From Podarcis erhardii (taxonomy: Eukaryota): DNA of 64,000 nucleotides. A program made the translations under genes and the position numbers. Shown in pieces: positions 1 to 12,100 of the stretch. The stretch lies in assembly GCA_964252035.1 (NCBI GenBank), contig OZ176202.1; one strand, 5' to 3'. Numbering within the stretch: position 1 is the first letter of the stretch; each line of letters begins with the position of its first letter. Under the pieces are notes generated by a model that was not told the origin of the DNA, searched no databases, and worked only from the letters and a program-made list of their open reading frames with translations.

Positions 1-166
1 GCTTGAATAGTTGGACATTTACAGGCCACTTCTAACTATAAATACTCCAAAGTCCCATTGATCTTGATAGTAATGACTTTCACGTACAAATGGTTATGAC
101 GTCAGTGGCTGTGTTTGCAATAACAATTAAAATGGTCCATCTTTTTTCTTTTGCTATTGCTTTTAG

Positions 167-252
167 TGCATGCAGGAGATGGGAAATACCAAGGCAAGGC
201 TACTCTACGAAGCTAATCTACCAGAGAACTTTCGAAGACCACAAACAGATCA
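167..252 (+). CDS. SMAP1: SMAP1 exon 3 (ArfGAP domain), [28 protein letters not shown]+CA
   Basis: ttttag acceptor ending at 166; 86-nt exon matches recalled SMAP1 ArfGAP sequence; donor GTATCCTTT at 253. Confidence 0.96.
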
Positions 253-1351
253 GTATCCTTTGTGCACTGCCATACTGGGAGAAGACAATAGTAATTTGAG
301 TATTATTACAATGTACATGATTATATTGTACCGTGCATAGAGTGATTAAATTGAAAAGGAGTAAAAACAAGAAAAAATACTGGATGATTGGTTTTCAGTG
401 AATTGTGAGACAGTTTTTAGCTTATTCCAAATAATAATATATTCAGAGATAACATTTGGTTAAATACTGCTAAATATGTAGAAATATTACGATAAAGAGC
501 TTGGTCTAGTAGACCACTTTTAGTAGTGCAAAAATAAAATCACAAATAAGCATAACCCAGGTGACCTCTACCCCTGTCTTTGGTTGGACAATCTCTGAAG
601 CATCTCCCATCCCTATGTACCACTTCTGTACTGTGCTAGTGCATGTGAACTAGTGATGGTAACACATTTTGGAAACAGAGTTTGGAAGGTAGTCCACTCA
701 GTTCAGAGCCAGCACTAGCACCCATCCATTCTGACATGATGTATAATGGCTTTGTGGCACACCTCTAACAGTGTCTTTCCCCTGACCTGTCTCCAAGTGT
801 TACCAGAGTTGTGGAGGGGAGGGGAAAATGTCAGACAACAGGGCTAGCTAAAACTCAGGGCTTTTAGTTCTAACTTACTGTAATGAAGACTTCTGAACAT
901 GCTTGGAACTATAAAAACTGTTTTTGATTTTTAAAATTACCCCTAGCCCATTGATAGCCAGCAGGGAAGCATTAACTGTGCATAGCATAGTCAAGACATT
1001 AGTCAAGAAAGTGCACCTCCCTAACTTTTTTGAGTCTGAACTAGAAAAGTTGGGGAAAATTTAAAGAGCTCTTTTTTTTTGCTTACTAATGCTGATCATA
1101 TAGTCACTCCTCACATGCATTTTGAGATGTAGTTCAAAAGATTTTATGCGAGAAGGCTCGGTGTATTAAGGTGTGCTTATATGAAATCAAGTATTGAATG
1201 AGACCTTGCTAAAATACTAATTAAAATTGAATGTGTGTGCTTCTAGCTTTAAAGATCTTATCTAGGATATAACTGGGAATTAAATGTTTTGTACTGTAAA
1301 CCCTCTTTAGTTTGGTCTGTGTTCTGTCTTCCTTAAGTTATCTGATCTCAG
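253..1351 (+). other. SMAP1: U12-type (minor spliceosome) GT-AG intron, SMAP1 intron 3
   Basis: 5' site GTATCCTTT (U12 consensus RTATCCTTT); branch-like TTCCTTAAG at 1329-1337 about 15 nt before the AG; no long polypyrimidine tract. Confidence 0.88.
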
Positions 1352-1427
1352 AGCTGTGGAATTTTTCATCAGGGATAAATACGAGAAGAAGAAATACTAT
1401 GACAAAAATGCTGTTAATATAAGCAGT
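1352..1427 (+). CDS. SMAP1: SMAP1 exon 4, A+AVEFFIRDKYEKKKYYDKNAVNISS
   Basis: ctcag acceptor, gtaagt donor; phase 2 joins exon 3 (CA+A=Gln); matches the end of the SMAP1 ArfGAP domain. Confidence 0.96.
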
Positions 1428-1670
1428 GTAAGTAAACGATCGATTTCTTCTGAATTTTGGTTTAACATGTGCATGTTGTAATATAGTTAAATTATGCATA
1501 CTATGACATATTTTAAGTGATTGCTCCCCACCTCCACATCCCACTGCGATCCGCCTAACAAAGCTGCTCCTGGCAGTTGATGGATCCCTCTCGCAAGGCA
1601 TGGGATAGGGCATGGGGCAGCTGTAGCAGGATGGGAAATCAGAGGCATTTTGGGCTACCCTGTGCAAGCC

Positions 1671-1879
1671 AGGAAGAACTTTCTGACAGTAAGAGCTGTT
1701 CAGCAGTGGAACAGACTACCTCAGGAGGTGGTGGGCTCTCCTTGCTTGGAATTTTTAAAGTAGAGATTGGACAACTAGCTGTCATGTATGCTTTAACTGA
1801 GATTTCTGCATGGCAGGGAGTTGGACCAGATGACCCCCAGGGTTCCTTCCAACTCTACAATTCTATGATTCTGTGATTC
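1671..1879 (+). mobile_element. CR1 LINE 3' end fragment
   Basis: Encodes RKNFLTVRAVQQWNRLP (CR1 ORF2 C-terminus) and ends in an (ATTCTRTG)n tail. Confidence 0.8.
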
Positions 1880-3569
1880 CTCCCCTTCCTGTCACTTCTG
1901 CAATCACTGCAATCCATCACTGTGCATGGATTTTAACAAGTGAACAGGACACTTGCTTACGAATTATGTGGTATCACAACACCATGTGATTTACATGCTG
2001 TCCTTGTTCCACCCACCTGTCAAAATTGACCACTAAGGGCAAAAAAAGTTTCCCTGCTGACATATTATAAAAGACCAACCCTGTCAGTAGAGAGACAGGA
2101 AAAATTATCATTAATCATAAAATTGGTGTTAATGACTTGCATGAAAAATAAAGTATTGTACCATGCCCACAAGCTGAGGAGCTCTTAGGGAGAATGAAGA
2201 GGAATGTGATTGAAACCTGCTGTCAAGTATTTGTGACTCTAAACTGATGGGTTGGGTACTGATAGATGTTCCTTCAAGGCTCACGAGAACCTTTGCTACT
2301 GAAAAGAACTTGGGCATGTAAACTCATTAACTGTAAAATGGAAATTGCTTTGCTGAATCAGAACAGGGATTCCTCTAGCCAAGCATTGTATCCCCTGACA
2401 GTGGCCACCAATTTGCATGGCTGAGCTGGCAATCCTTTGTTACAATCAGAGATATACAGTTTTAACATTCAGCTCTGCTGTTATGGCTAAGTACCATACT
2501 TCCAGGAATCCTTCTAGACCTTCTGAGAAGTCATTTGACCTAGTGAGCACTTGCTATTCTCATGGCAATGAACTCCATAAGTTGGTTATGTGTTGCCTTG
2601 TTGACCACCTTCATTCACATCAAGCTCCTTTTGGGAGGGGGGTAACTTGAAATGCAAATAACATATATTTTTGCTACCTGTCTGCTTGAAGCTAGGCAGT
2701 GTGGCTCTACTTACAGAAGGCATCCCTATATTCCTCTGCCTGAAATCAGTATTGGAATTTTGCTGTGCAGTGATCTATATCAGCCCATTGATCATATTAC
2801 TACAACTTTTACTTGGTGGATTGACCTTGACCTTTTAAAAATTCTAATACACCATTTTAAAAGATAATATTAATTTGCTTTTGGGATCCAACAGATTCAT
2901 TATAATCCTAGCTGAAAATAAAGTTGCCTATTCAAAATGACTTTAGTTTAACATTTTTTTAAAAAAAAAATCTTACTATTTTCACATTCCAAAAAATAAA
3001 ATAAAAAAAGCCCCAATTTGCTTGTAATGCTAAGCAAAATTATTACTTAGTGAGAACAAGCAAGTGACCTTGAGGAGCAAAGTCACCATGATTCTTGTTC
3101 CGGGTACCAACTTGCTTGCTCATTCTTGCTAAGCCGTTGTTTGACTTACCCTGTGGCCTTATTCTCACGTAATGCTAAACCAAAAGCTGTTTGGGTACAT
3201 TGGACCTCACAGTGTTAATTAAAATGCATCTTAGGTCTAACAAAATGCCTTGGGGGATAAAATGGAATTGTTCATAGGTGAAATGCTGGAATAATCACAG
3301 CAAAATAGAATTTTTCATATAGACAAACTGCTAAGTTATGTTCCTAGCCACAACAAATGGTTTGTGAGAGTTAAATATTAAAAATAGTTTGTAGTAATCA
3401 AAGAATAGAAAATACAGAGTAACAATTTGAGAGTAGAAATGAAATGAAGTTGTTAAAGCATTGTGGTTCCAAGTGTTACAATGAGATGTTGCCAGCAGAA
3501 TTTTTAACATCACGTGTGGCTTGTGGGGCCTCTTAGTAATGTCAAGAGTTGGCCGTTGTTTATTTAGAG

Positions 3570-3625
3570 AGGCGGTTGCTCAGTGGTGGAGAACATGCTT
3601 TGCATGCAGAAAGTCCCAGCTGTGG
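3570..3625 (+). mobile_element. tRNA-derived SINE head remnant (Squam3-like)
   Basis: gctcagtggtggagaacatgctttgcatgcagaaagtcccag: box A-like head, truncated. Confidence 0.45.
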
Positions 3626-4542
3626 CGCTGTCTTGCCTGCCTAGTTTCTGGAGATAACTGAAAAGCTTGGGCTGATGGATTTGGCATTTCAAGGCTCCTA
3701 CACCTCTACTTTGCAGGAGCTCAAAAGTTTATTACTAACAGGTAACGATGGGCTTTCTTAGGCCTTCTGATTGTGACTGCTCTTTGGGAGTTTATGGAAA
3801 TTTCTGAAAACACTGCAGTAAATTTCAAGGTATAATTGCATCTACTCATAAACAAGCTGAATAATACTTTGTTGAATGCTGAAAATACCCTGCTGATTAC
3901 AGGTGTATGTAGAAATTCTCAAAAGACTATACAAACTGCATTATAATACACCCGGCAGTTTATGGTTAGAAGGCTGTTCCTTATTAACGAAGATTTTTTC
4001 CTTTACTGTTTTGAAATGGAGTGCTTTATTTGAAAGTTATACATTTAGAGTTCTGAGTTATTTTGCTTCAATCTTTAAATAAATAATTCTGTTAGAATGA
4101 GCAAGAACAAAGACGCCTTTGCCTCCTTCCCCTTCCCCATGGGACAGTGTTCATTTTCAGTTTCAGGACATTAATATTTCAACAGTCACACTGGATAAAA
4201 CTGAACAATGGATGAAATGTAATTATTTTCCCTCGTGCTTGTGATGTGATCTTATCCAAGTTCATTTCTTATTTTATATTCTGGTGAATTCATCCATAAA
4301 GCATTCACTATTGATTTTTTTTTTTTTAAATTGCCTTTTGAAAAAGCTGTAGTAAAATTTAAAAAAAGATGAAGAGGTAACTGCATGTAATTTGCATGTA
4401 ATGCTAAGCCCAAACCACGGCTTAGTGCGAAGAAGTGAATGTGGAGGTGCCAGTAGAGGAGATGGCCAGCAGCTTTCTCCTCCTTGGTTGTTTTTCTGCT
4501 GCAGTTTGACTTAGTGCCATCTGAACCTGGACTCCCTCCAGC

Positions 4543-4900
4543 CAGCGGCAGAGCATATGCCCGTGCCGCCCAGGGTGGGCGCGCTCCCGAGGGGGGCGTG
4601 GCGCAGAGGGTGCCCTCCCAGGTGCGGGATAGCTGCTTGGGTGCCCTGCAGCTGGGGGCGGAGTGAGCCGCCCATGGTGGACATTCAGTGTGCCGCCTGC
4701 CCGCAGCTCCCAAGCCTCCCTCAATCTGTCAGAATGAAGGTGGAAGGGGGGGATGCCACTGGCAAAGCAGCGCAGCTCCCCCCTCTTACCCCGGTGGCTC
4801 GGGGTAGGCTTGGCAGTCATAGGCGGGCGGCACATCAAATGTCACCACCCTCAGTAAGGGCACCTGGGGTGGTCCACCCCCCCCCCCTTCTATGCCCCTG
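4543..4900. mobile_element. GC-rich non-autonomous hAT-like element
   Basis: Degenerate TIRs cagcggcagagc / tctatgcccctg; 8-bp flanking repeats cctccagc (4535-4542) and cctccaga (4901-4908); GC-rich block in an AT-rich intron. Confidence 0.55.
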
Positions 4901-5084
4901 CCTCCAGAAACACCATGAGCTGTAAATCATAGGACAGCTTATGGCCTTTTTTGAGAGAGCTAAACCATGAACCTGTGTTTGGATGATATGTTAAACCAAA
5001 ACATTCCCTAGCTTAGTGCAGCAACAAAATGACTAGGGAGCAAAGCAGCTGCATTCTCTTTTCTAGGAGCTTATTTTGCACTAA

Positions 5085-5436
5085 GACACTGGTGGCGCTT
5101 TGGTCTAAACTACAGAGCCTAGGGCTTGCCGATCAGAAGGTCAGCGGTTTGAATCCCCGCAACAGGGTGAGCTCCCGTTGCTTAGTCCCTGCTCTTGCCA
5201 ACCTAGCAGTTCAAAAGCATGTCAAAGTGCAAGTAGATAAATAGGTACTGCTCCAGCGGGAAGGTAAACGGCGTTTCCGTATTCTGCTCTGGTTCGCCAG
5301 AAGCGGCTTGGTCATGCTGGCCACATGACCCGGAAGCTGTATGCCGGCTCCCTCGGCCAGAAAAACGAGATGAGCACCACAACCCCAGAGTCATCCGTGA
5401 TTGGACCTAACGGTCAGGGGTCCCTTCACCTTTACC
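5085..5436 (+). mobile_element. Sauria SINE, near full length
   Basis: ggtggcgct...ggtcaggggtccc...tttacc; shares the core aaagtgcaagtagataaataggtac with the other copies. Confidence 0.9.
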
Positions 5437-5772
5437 TATGCTTTGCAAACCAAGCCAGCATGTACTCTTCTGCACAATTGTTAAATTTTGTGTGCTTTAG
5501 TTAAACAGCTAGGTTGGTCTGAGGAAGTATTCTGAATTCTCATTGGTCTTCCTTGAAACGCTTAATGTTTTCAGTAGCGAAGTTAACCAAAACATGTAGT
5601 CCTCAACATGCATACGTTTTGTGTCGCTGATTTCATCTCTGTTCTGCCTTGTCTGTATTTCATCTGTATCTTCTGATAAATGAGAAAGAGCAAAGTAAAC
5701 TGATGGTTATTCTGTAGTCTTAGTGAAATCTGCCTTGGCTCCTTTTTCTCATCTTTCATCTGCTTTGTACAG

Positions 5773-5850
5773 ATGTCTTCCTCTGATGCTTCTCAACCTC
5801 TGGCATCTTCTCCTTCTCTGCAAGCTGCTTCTGAGAAAAACAAAATAGAG
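5773..5850 (+). CDS. SMAP1: SMAP1 exon 5 (probable cassette exon), MSSSDASQPLASSPSLQAASEKNKIE
   Basis: tgtacag acceptor; 78 nt, phase 0-0; similar to recalled human ISSSDAPLQPLVSSPSLQAAVDKNKLE; weak donor gtatct. Confidence 0.88.
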
Positions 5851-6114
5851 GTATCTCCTCTTCCTTGTGTGCTTGTTGCATGCAGATGCTTTCTATGTTG
5901 AATTTGAATAATGTTGAAAAGTATTCTCTAGGCCAATCCCATGATTTGTCTGTAAACATTTTAATTTAAACCACAAGTGTTATTGTACCCCTCCTTTAAG
6001 GTAAACTGAAGAGATCCATTCAGCTAAACTTAACTTGCATGTTTGAGAGTTGAGGTGGTGGTTGTGTCAATATCCCACGTGTTTCCTGTTCTTTTACAAT
6101 AGTATATGGAATTT

Positions 6115-6236
6115 GCTCCCGTTGTTTGGTCCCAGCTCCTGCCAACGTAGCAGTTCAAAAGCATGTCAAAGTGCAAGTAGATAAATAGGTACCGCTCCGG
6201 CGGGAAGGTAAATGGCGTTTCAGTGCGCTGCTCTGG
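6115..6236 (+). mobile_element. Sauria SINE internal fragment, interrupted at 6237
   Basis: gctcccgttg...ctgctctgg matches the middle of the SINE. Confidence 0.85.
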
Positions 6237-6266
6237 TTAAGTATTCTCTAAAGTTACAATTAGTAA

Positions 6267-6613
6267 GGACACGGGTGGCACTGTGGTCTAAACCACAGAG
6301 CCTAGGGCTTGCCGATCAGAAGGCTGGTGGTTCGAATCCCAGCGACGGAGTGAGCTCCCGTTGCTCAGTCCCTGTTCCTGCCAACCTAGCAGTTCGAAAG
6401 CACAAAGTGCAAGTAGATAAATAGGTACCACTCCGGCGGGAAGGTAAATGACGTTTCAGTGCGCTGCTCTGGTTCGCCAGAAGCAGCTTAGTCATGCTGG
6501 CCACATGACCCGGAAGCTGTACACGGGCTCCCTTGGCCAATAAAGCGAGATGAGCGCCGCAACCCCAGAGTCAGTCATGACTGGACCTAATGGTCAGAGG
6601 TCCCTTTACCTTT
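6267..6613 (+). mobile_element. Sauria SINE (probably chimeric; see findings)
   Basis: Full-length SINE preceded by 30 bp that match 29/30 the flank of the minus-strand copy at 15890-15919. Confidence 0.9.
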
Positions 6614-7260
6614 GTGGAGTTTTGATACCTTTCCACAGTTAGTGCAGGTGTAATGCTACACTGTTTTGAGGCTTGACAAGACAGGGGATGGTACTGAAAC
6701 CCAATTTCATTGTCCTCCTAGGGTACTTTAAATTACCTGGGTAAGACCGCTACCATTTATCAGGAATTTGAATTGCTGTGAGACACAGTCAGATTATGAC
6801 ATTGTACTATTACATCTGAAGAAAATATTTGAGAGCTTAGTGTGATCCTGCAATCCTCAGTCAGTGTCTTTTTGAAATCTATGCATTTGTCTCAAGAGCC
6901 AGACGTTGTGAAAGACATAAGCAGCAACAAGCAAGTAAAAAAAGTCTTGGCCTAAGAGCAACCAATATCTGCCTCTTCAATAGTCAGTTCCAGGCCAGGC
7001 AATTCAGCTGCTAAGTGGCCATTGGAACATCAAAGAACAAGGGAGACCACTTAAGTACACTTTTACCCTGTTACAGTAACTATTGTATTATTTATTTTAT
7101 TGTATTTGCAATACATTTTCCGCCAGTTTCGGAGCTTCAGCTAAAAGGCAAGGTATAAATATGCCTAAGTAAATTAACATTATCTTGGATGAAACTATGG
7201 CTGTCAGTGTTGTAAATGATTATCGTATCTAAAACTGATAACAGAACATCTTTCCCACAG

Positions 7261-7341
7261 AAGGAAAAGGAAAAAAGGAAGGAAGAGAAAAAGAAAGATA
7301 GAGAGCCAGAAAAACCTTTGAAATGCTTAGGAGTTGAAAAA
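7261..7341 (+). CDS. SMAP1: SMAP1 exon 6, KEKEKRKEEKKKDREPEKPLKCLGVEK
   Basis: cccacag acceptor, gtaagc donor; 81 nt, phase 0-0; KEKE-rich segment typical of SMAP1. Confidence 0.95.
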
Positions 7342-8216
7342 GTAAGCTAATTGTTTCTCTTACTAAAATATATTTTTTGTGTATATTGCTATTTGTAATG
7401 TGTGTTTAAAATGCATGAAATAGAAGTCGTTTGAATAATTTTGAAAGCTTAAATATGACACTGCTACCTAGCAGCATGAATTGCATGGAAATCTCAGCTG
7501 GAAATACTAATGAGACAAAAAAAAGCTCATGACAGCTTCCATCAAATGTATCCACAAGAGGAAAGAAACTTCCATTCTCTCATTCTCGGATGGCCTTGGG
7601 TCTCTTCTTCCAGCTGCCTTTTCGTGCTAATAATAGCTGGCACAGGTTATCTGGGAAAAGAGAGTGATTTGCTGTGCCTTTTAATAAGAGGGAGCTTGGC
7701 TTGCATAAGATGACAGTATAGCAGGGTTCCAAATCTGTTTTAAATCATTCTGTACAGCCAACTGTTGCCAATTGCTCTTTTAGTTTTCTAGAGCGTTGTG
7801 AATTCTTCAGGGACAGTTATTGTTTTAACCTTGTATAGAGAAATGTACTAGAAATTAATGGAGGCATGGAAGCTACCCTATTCTTTGATCTGTACATGGG
7901 TACTAATTTGATCAAAGCAGTGTGTTTAGTTCAACTTATGGGAATGCAGTGAGTTCTAAGATGCTGTTGTTTTATTGTGAAGCACCCCCTTTTCGCTCCT
8001 ATTGATGCTATTAATAAATAAAAGGATTATTTTTGTCCAGAAGAAAACCAGAGGAATGAAGAGTGCGGAGATTTTTTGTCAAAAGAATTGCTCTTTAAGT
8101 TTTGAAATAGAACATGTTTTACTATTGGAAGCGATAGTCTATAGATTCCTGAAGGAGTGATGGCTGATCTTTTATTTTGAGCCTTTGTATCCAAGACTAG
8201 ACCTCTTTTGATAGCA

Positions 8217-8456
8217 CAGTGGTACCTCATTTAAGAACAGTCCGGTTTAAGAACGATTTGGTTTACAAACTTTGCAAAACTGGAAATAGTGTCTTGGTTT
8301 GAGAACTTTTCCTTGGTCTAAGAACAGAATCCGAACAGTGGAAGGGCACCAGTGGCGGGAGGCCTCATTAGGGAAAGCACGCCTCGATTTAAGAATGGTT
8401 TTGGTTTAAGAATGGACTTCTGAAATGGATTAAGTTCGTAAACCAAGGTACCACTG
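8217..8456. mobile_element. pogo/Tigger-like MITE (family B)
   Basis: TIRs cagtggtacctc / aggtaccactg; TA at the right flank. Confidence 0.75.
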
Positions 8457-8575
8457 TATTGGGAACTTCCTGCCAAACTAGGCAAATAATCTTAACTCAG
8501 TATTTACAGTTAACCCATGTCACTCCTACTGTAGTTAGGGTTTTGTTTCCTATCTCTCAGTTAACCTACAGTATA

Positions 8576-8801
8576 CAGTGATACCTCGGGTTAAGTACTT
8601 AATTCGTTCCGGAAGTCCGTTCTTAACCTGAAACTGTTCTTAACCTGAAGCACCACTTTAGCTGATGGGGCCTCCTGCTTCTGCCGCACTGCCGGAGCAC
8701 GATTTCTGTTCTCATCCTGAAGCAAAGTTCTTAACCCAAGATACTATTTCTGGGTTGGCGGAGTCTGTAACCTGAAGCGTATGTAACCTGAGGTACCACT
8801 G
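8576..8801 (+). mobile_element. pogo/Tigger-like MITE (family A)
   Basis: TA-cagtgatacctcggg ... gaggtaccactg-TA; same internal sequence as the copies at 13734, 20692 and 61155 (strand is relative orientation only). Confidence 0.85.
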
Positions 8802-8964
8802 TACAGCCATTTTTTTCACACCCTGTATAAGATTTTTAGCTCAGCTTGTCCTCCTCTCCCATAGATGCTGCAGTCACTAAGCAGTGCTTGATGTTACACT
8901 GAAGCAGGGCAAGCAGCTGCATGAACGACTTGTGTATCTGCTCTTTGTTCTTCTTATGCAGGCC

Positions 8965-9137
8965 TAAGAACATAGGAAGTTGTCTTATACTGAGTCAGAC
9001 CATCTATATCAGTGTTGTTTTCTACACTGACTGGCAGCAGCTCTCCAGAGTTTCAGACAGAAATCTTTTCCAGACATCTTTACCTACCTGGAGGTGCCAG
9101 GGAATTCATGTTCTTTACCACCGAGCTGCAGCCCTTC
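8965..9137 (-). mobile_element. tRNA-derived SINE with CR1-like tail (Squam3-like)
   Basis: taagaacataggaag...tatactgagtcagacc...ctgactggcagc...ctggaggtgccaggga pattern, reverse orientation. Confidence 0.6.
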
Positions 9138-12100
9138 CACAAATCTTGATTGGGGTCTGTGTACATGTGTCTTTTGTGTTTGCAGCCTCTTGAAGGAATT
9201 ACACATATTTGCTTTCCATGACCCTTTCCCATATCTTGTTGGGAAAATCATAGGCACTCCCAACCCCATCAGAAAGTAGGAGTAGACTTGGGATACCAAA
9301 TCCAGTGATACGTGGAACAGTGCAGATGGAGCAGTGTCTGCATTGGAACTCCTTACCCTAAATTCAGAACTGTTTGCTGGAGTGGTCCCAGTTCAGCCAT
9401 CCATGCTACAGGTTTCTCTTTCCCTTGTTTCCCTTTCACTAGGGTGAATTGCTAGGATAGCGAAGGACTTATATTGTGCTCCTGCTGAACCAAGGAGGCA
9501 TAAAGTGAGAGAGAGGTGAGATAGAGACAGAAATGGAGCAAACACACATATTTTTTAATGAAAGAAGGAAAGGGTTTGAGAGAGAGTAGGATGAAGAAAG
9601 AAAAATGGAAGTAAACAGCGGCTTCAGACTTCAGGTTTATGAAGATTAGAATGTGGTTAAGATTAGATATGGTAAGACCTCTGGGATGAAGAAAGAGGTG
9701 ATAGCTGAGAGATGGTGCAGACAAAGATGATTGTGCCTGGGGAGGGGGGGGAAAGGGTAGCCTCTATGATCTGGAAAAAGAAAGTGCTGCTAGGAAATGG
9801 GGCTGCAAATGTTTCAGTATTAGAAACAGAAAAGGGGAGCGATACAGATGGACATGCAGACTGTGATGGTACAGAAGGAAAAGGCATCCTATTGAGTAAG
9901 CAGAGCATGCCATGAAGTGAAGATGGGAATAAAGAGGCTTAAGAGAAAGATTTCATGGTATGGGTTACAAGGAAAAAGGAGGCTGGATTAAACACGAAAT
10001 TAAAATGACAACAGAAATGCTTTCCAGTGATTATTCAGTTAACATAGAAGTTGCATTCAGAGTGATTAGACTTTCTGCATCCCTTTTCTATAGCTAACAA
10101 TTGTTTTCTCCTCACAGTGGGATGCAGACAGCATATGCATCTCACTGCAGGGAAGATTGTGGCATGCATGCCCTTCCAATGTTTCACCAGGGATTAAAAT
10201 CATATGTGCAAGATCACTCATACATTGCCTTTCCCTCCTTCAGCAAAACTTCAAAGCCATTCCTCATTATGTTGAAATTAGCTGTAACAATGTTTGGTGT
10301 TTATATATTTTATTTTATTACAACAAATACATTCGGGTTTTTCTTTTTCTTTTTAAAATTATTGTGTATACATTTTCCATTTTTCTACGTACACACATTT
10401 TACCATCATACATAAATTTTGTTCTGATTTCCCAACCTTACCTTCAATGTTATTCTTAACAAACTAGGCTGGAGTAACAAACAGATATGCAGCAAAATAT
10501 GTATTTGGGTTTTCCATAGGGAAAAATCCCCCCCCCCCATCTCACCTTTGTAGTGAGGGAGGGCTAAAAAAACATTCATTATCATGATAAAATTTGTGTT
10601 CTCTGAATCTTGGTTTGAGTGGCAGTTCTTGTTCACGCAGCAATTATGGATGCTAAAAGATTAAGTGACAGCTTAAAGGCAAATAAAATTAATTTATGTG
10701 GCCAGTAATCATAGCATCGTAGATTGGCTTCTGGCAGTGAGGGTCAGAACAAGTTACAAGCTTTTTAATAATATGAACTGCAAATCTGCATTCTGATGGA
10801 GTGAAACAATTGCTGGTAATTATCATAGTTGAATACATTTACAAAGAACAACAGCAGTATATATAGCTTATATAAGGAGATGGGAGAGGGCTGGATTTTT
10901 TTTATCACTAAACATGCATGTTCAGTATTCATTCTCTATTCTCCAAAAGAATGTGTAACCAATGAAGGCAAGACAAAAGAATTTCCATGTTTACCAGAGC
11001 AGAGGCCCATAAAATATGCTGTCCAGGCTGCTTAATAGTCCATAAAATGTTTTGAACAGCCAGTGTAATCCTAAGAAATCCATGCTTCTAGCCCTTATAG
11101 TTTGACAGTGTATTGGCTGGTGGGGTGGGGAAGGAGAAAGTTCTAATATTTAATCTATATATCAGCCTATCCACAAGTCCCCATCGCCAAAAGAATCTTT
11201 AGTCATCTATCAACAGAAAATTGCCTACCACTCTGGTATGGGGCCAAAGTGCTCTAAGAAAGCCACACAAATACCTGCTGGAACTTTTAAGCATGACATC
11301 ATTTTCAAGTGGGAAAAAAGTTAAGTTGTCCTCTCATTTTTTTTTGCAGTTCCTCTGCAGCATACGTTGTCTCAATTTCTAGAATAATATGCAGTGGGGA
11401 GGGAGGAGAGTTGTATGGCTTTATAGACTAATACCTAAAGACCTTCAGCTGCCAATAAGCAGCCTGTCCATCCTTTCTTCCTCCAGAAGCTGTGGCTTTT
11501 CCAGCAGTAGTGATTTATATGGCTTTCAACTTACCACTGAGACAAGGATCTTGAAAAATTAAGTTAAAGTATACCTTCATTTTCTCCACTGAGGTTGAAA
11601 AATACTTCTTTTTGTAACCATCTTTTCAGCTTTTATGGAAGTAAATTATCTATTAATTCTACATAATACCATCAAAGGTAGTCCAACTAGAAAGATTTCC
11701 TTGCTTATTGATTCTCTTTTTGGTTCTCTGTAGAGTTATTACAGTTTAACTGCATCCATTAGAATATATTTGAAAAGTGTTCATAGTGAAATTCATAGGC
11801 TGCATTGCCTAGCTGTTCTGGTGTGTTATTAATACAGTCCAATGAATGCATGACATTTTTCTAACACTTTGCTCCTTAATGTCTGTGGGTCAGAGAAGGC
11901 TCTGAGAATGACTTTTGTTATCCAGGATGTGTTGTGAAATCATTAATTCCCATGTTGGACACTGCAAAACATAACTACTCAAGCCTGCTTGGCACATCTT
12001 ATATTGATCAATTGCCTGCTTTTGTGCTAGCCTAGAAAGAAACAAGGAAAGAAAACTGAATGCTGCTATTTCCTCCTTCTTTTTGATGATTTATAAATAA

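Noticed and set aside
3570-3625. tRNA-like sequence (also at 51179)
   Set aside because: SINE head only; no complete cloverleaf or acceptor stem.
4252-4925. Overlapping 120-150 aa ORFs
   Set aside because: They arise from the GC-rich transposon-like insert; no recognisable protein and no splice context.
5851-5860. Exon 5 donor gtatctcctc resembling a U12 site
   Set aside because: Differs from RTATCCTTT at key positions, and there is no U12 branch site before the exon 6 acceptor; treated as a weak U2 donor.
9480-9990. Purine-rich stretch with short ORFs
   Set aside because: Low-complexity AG bias with no motif that could be assigned; possibly an old repeat.
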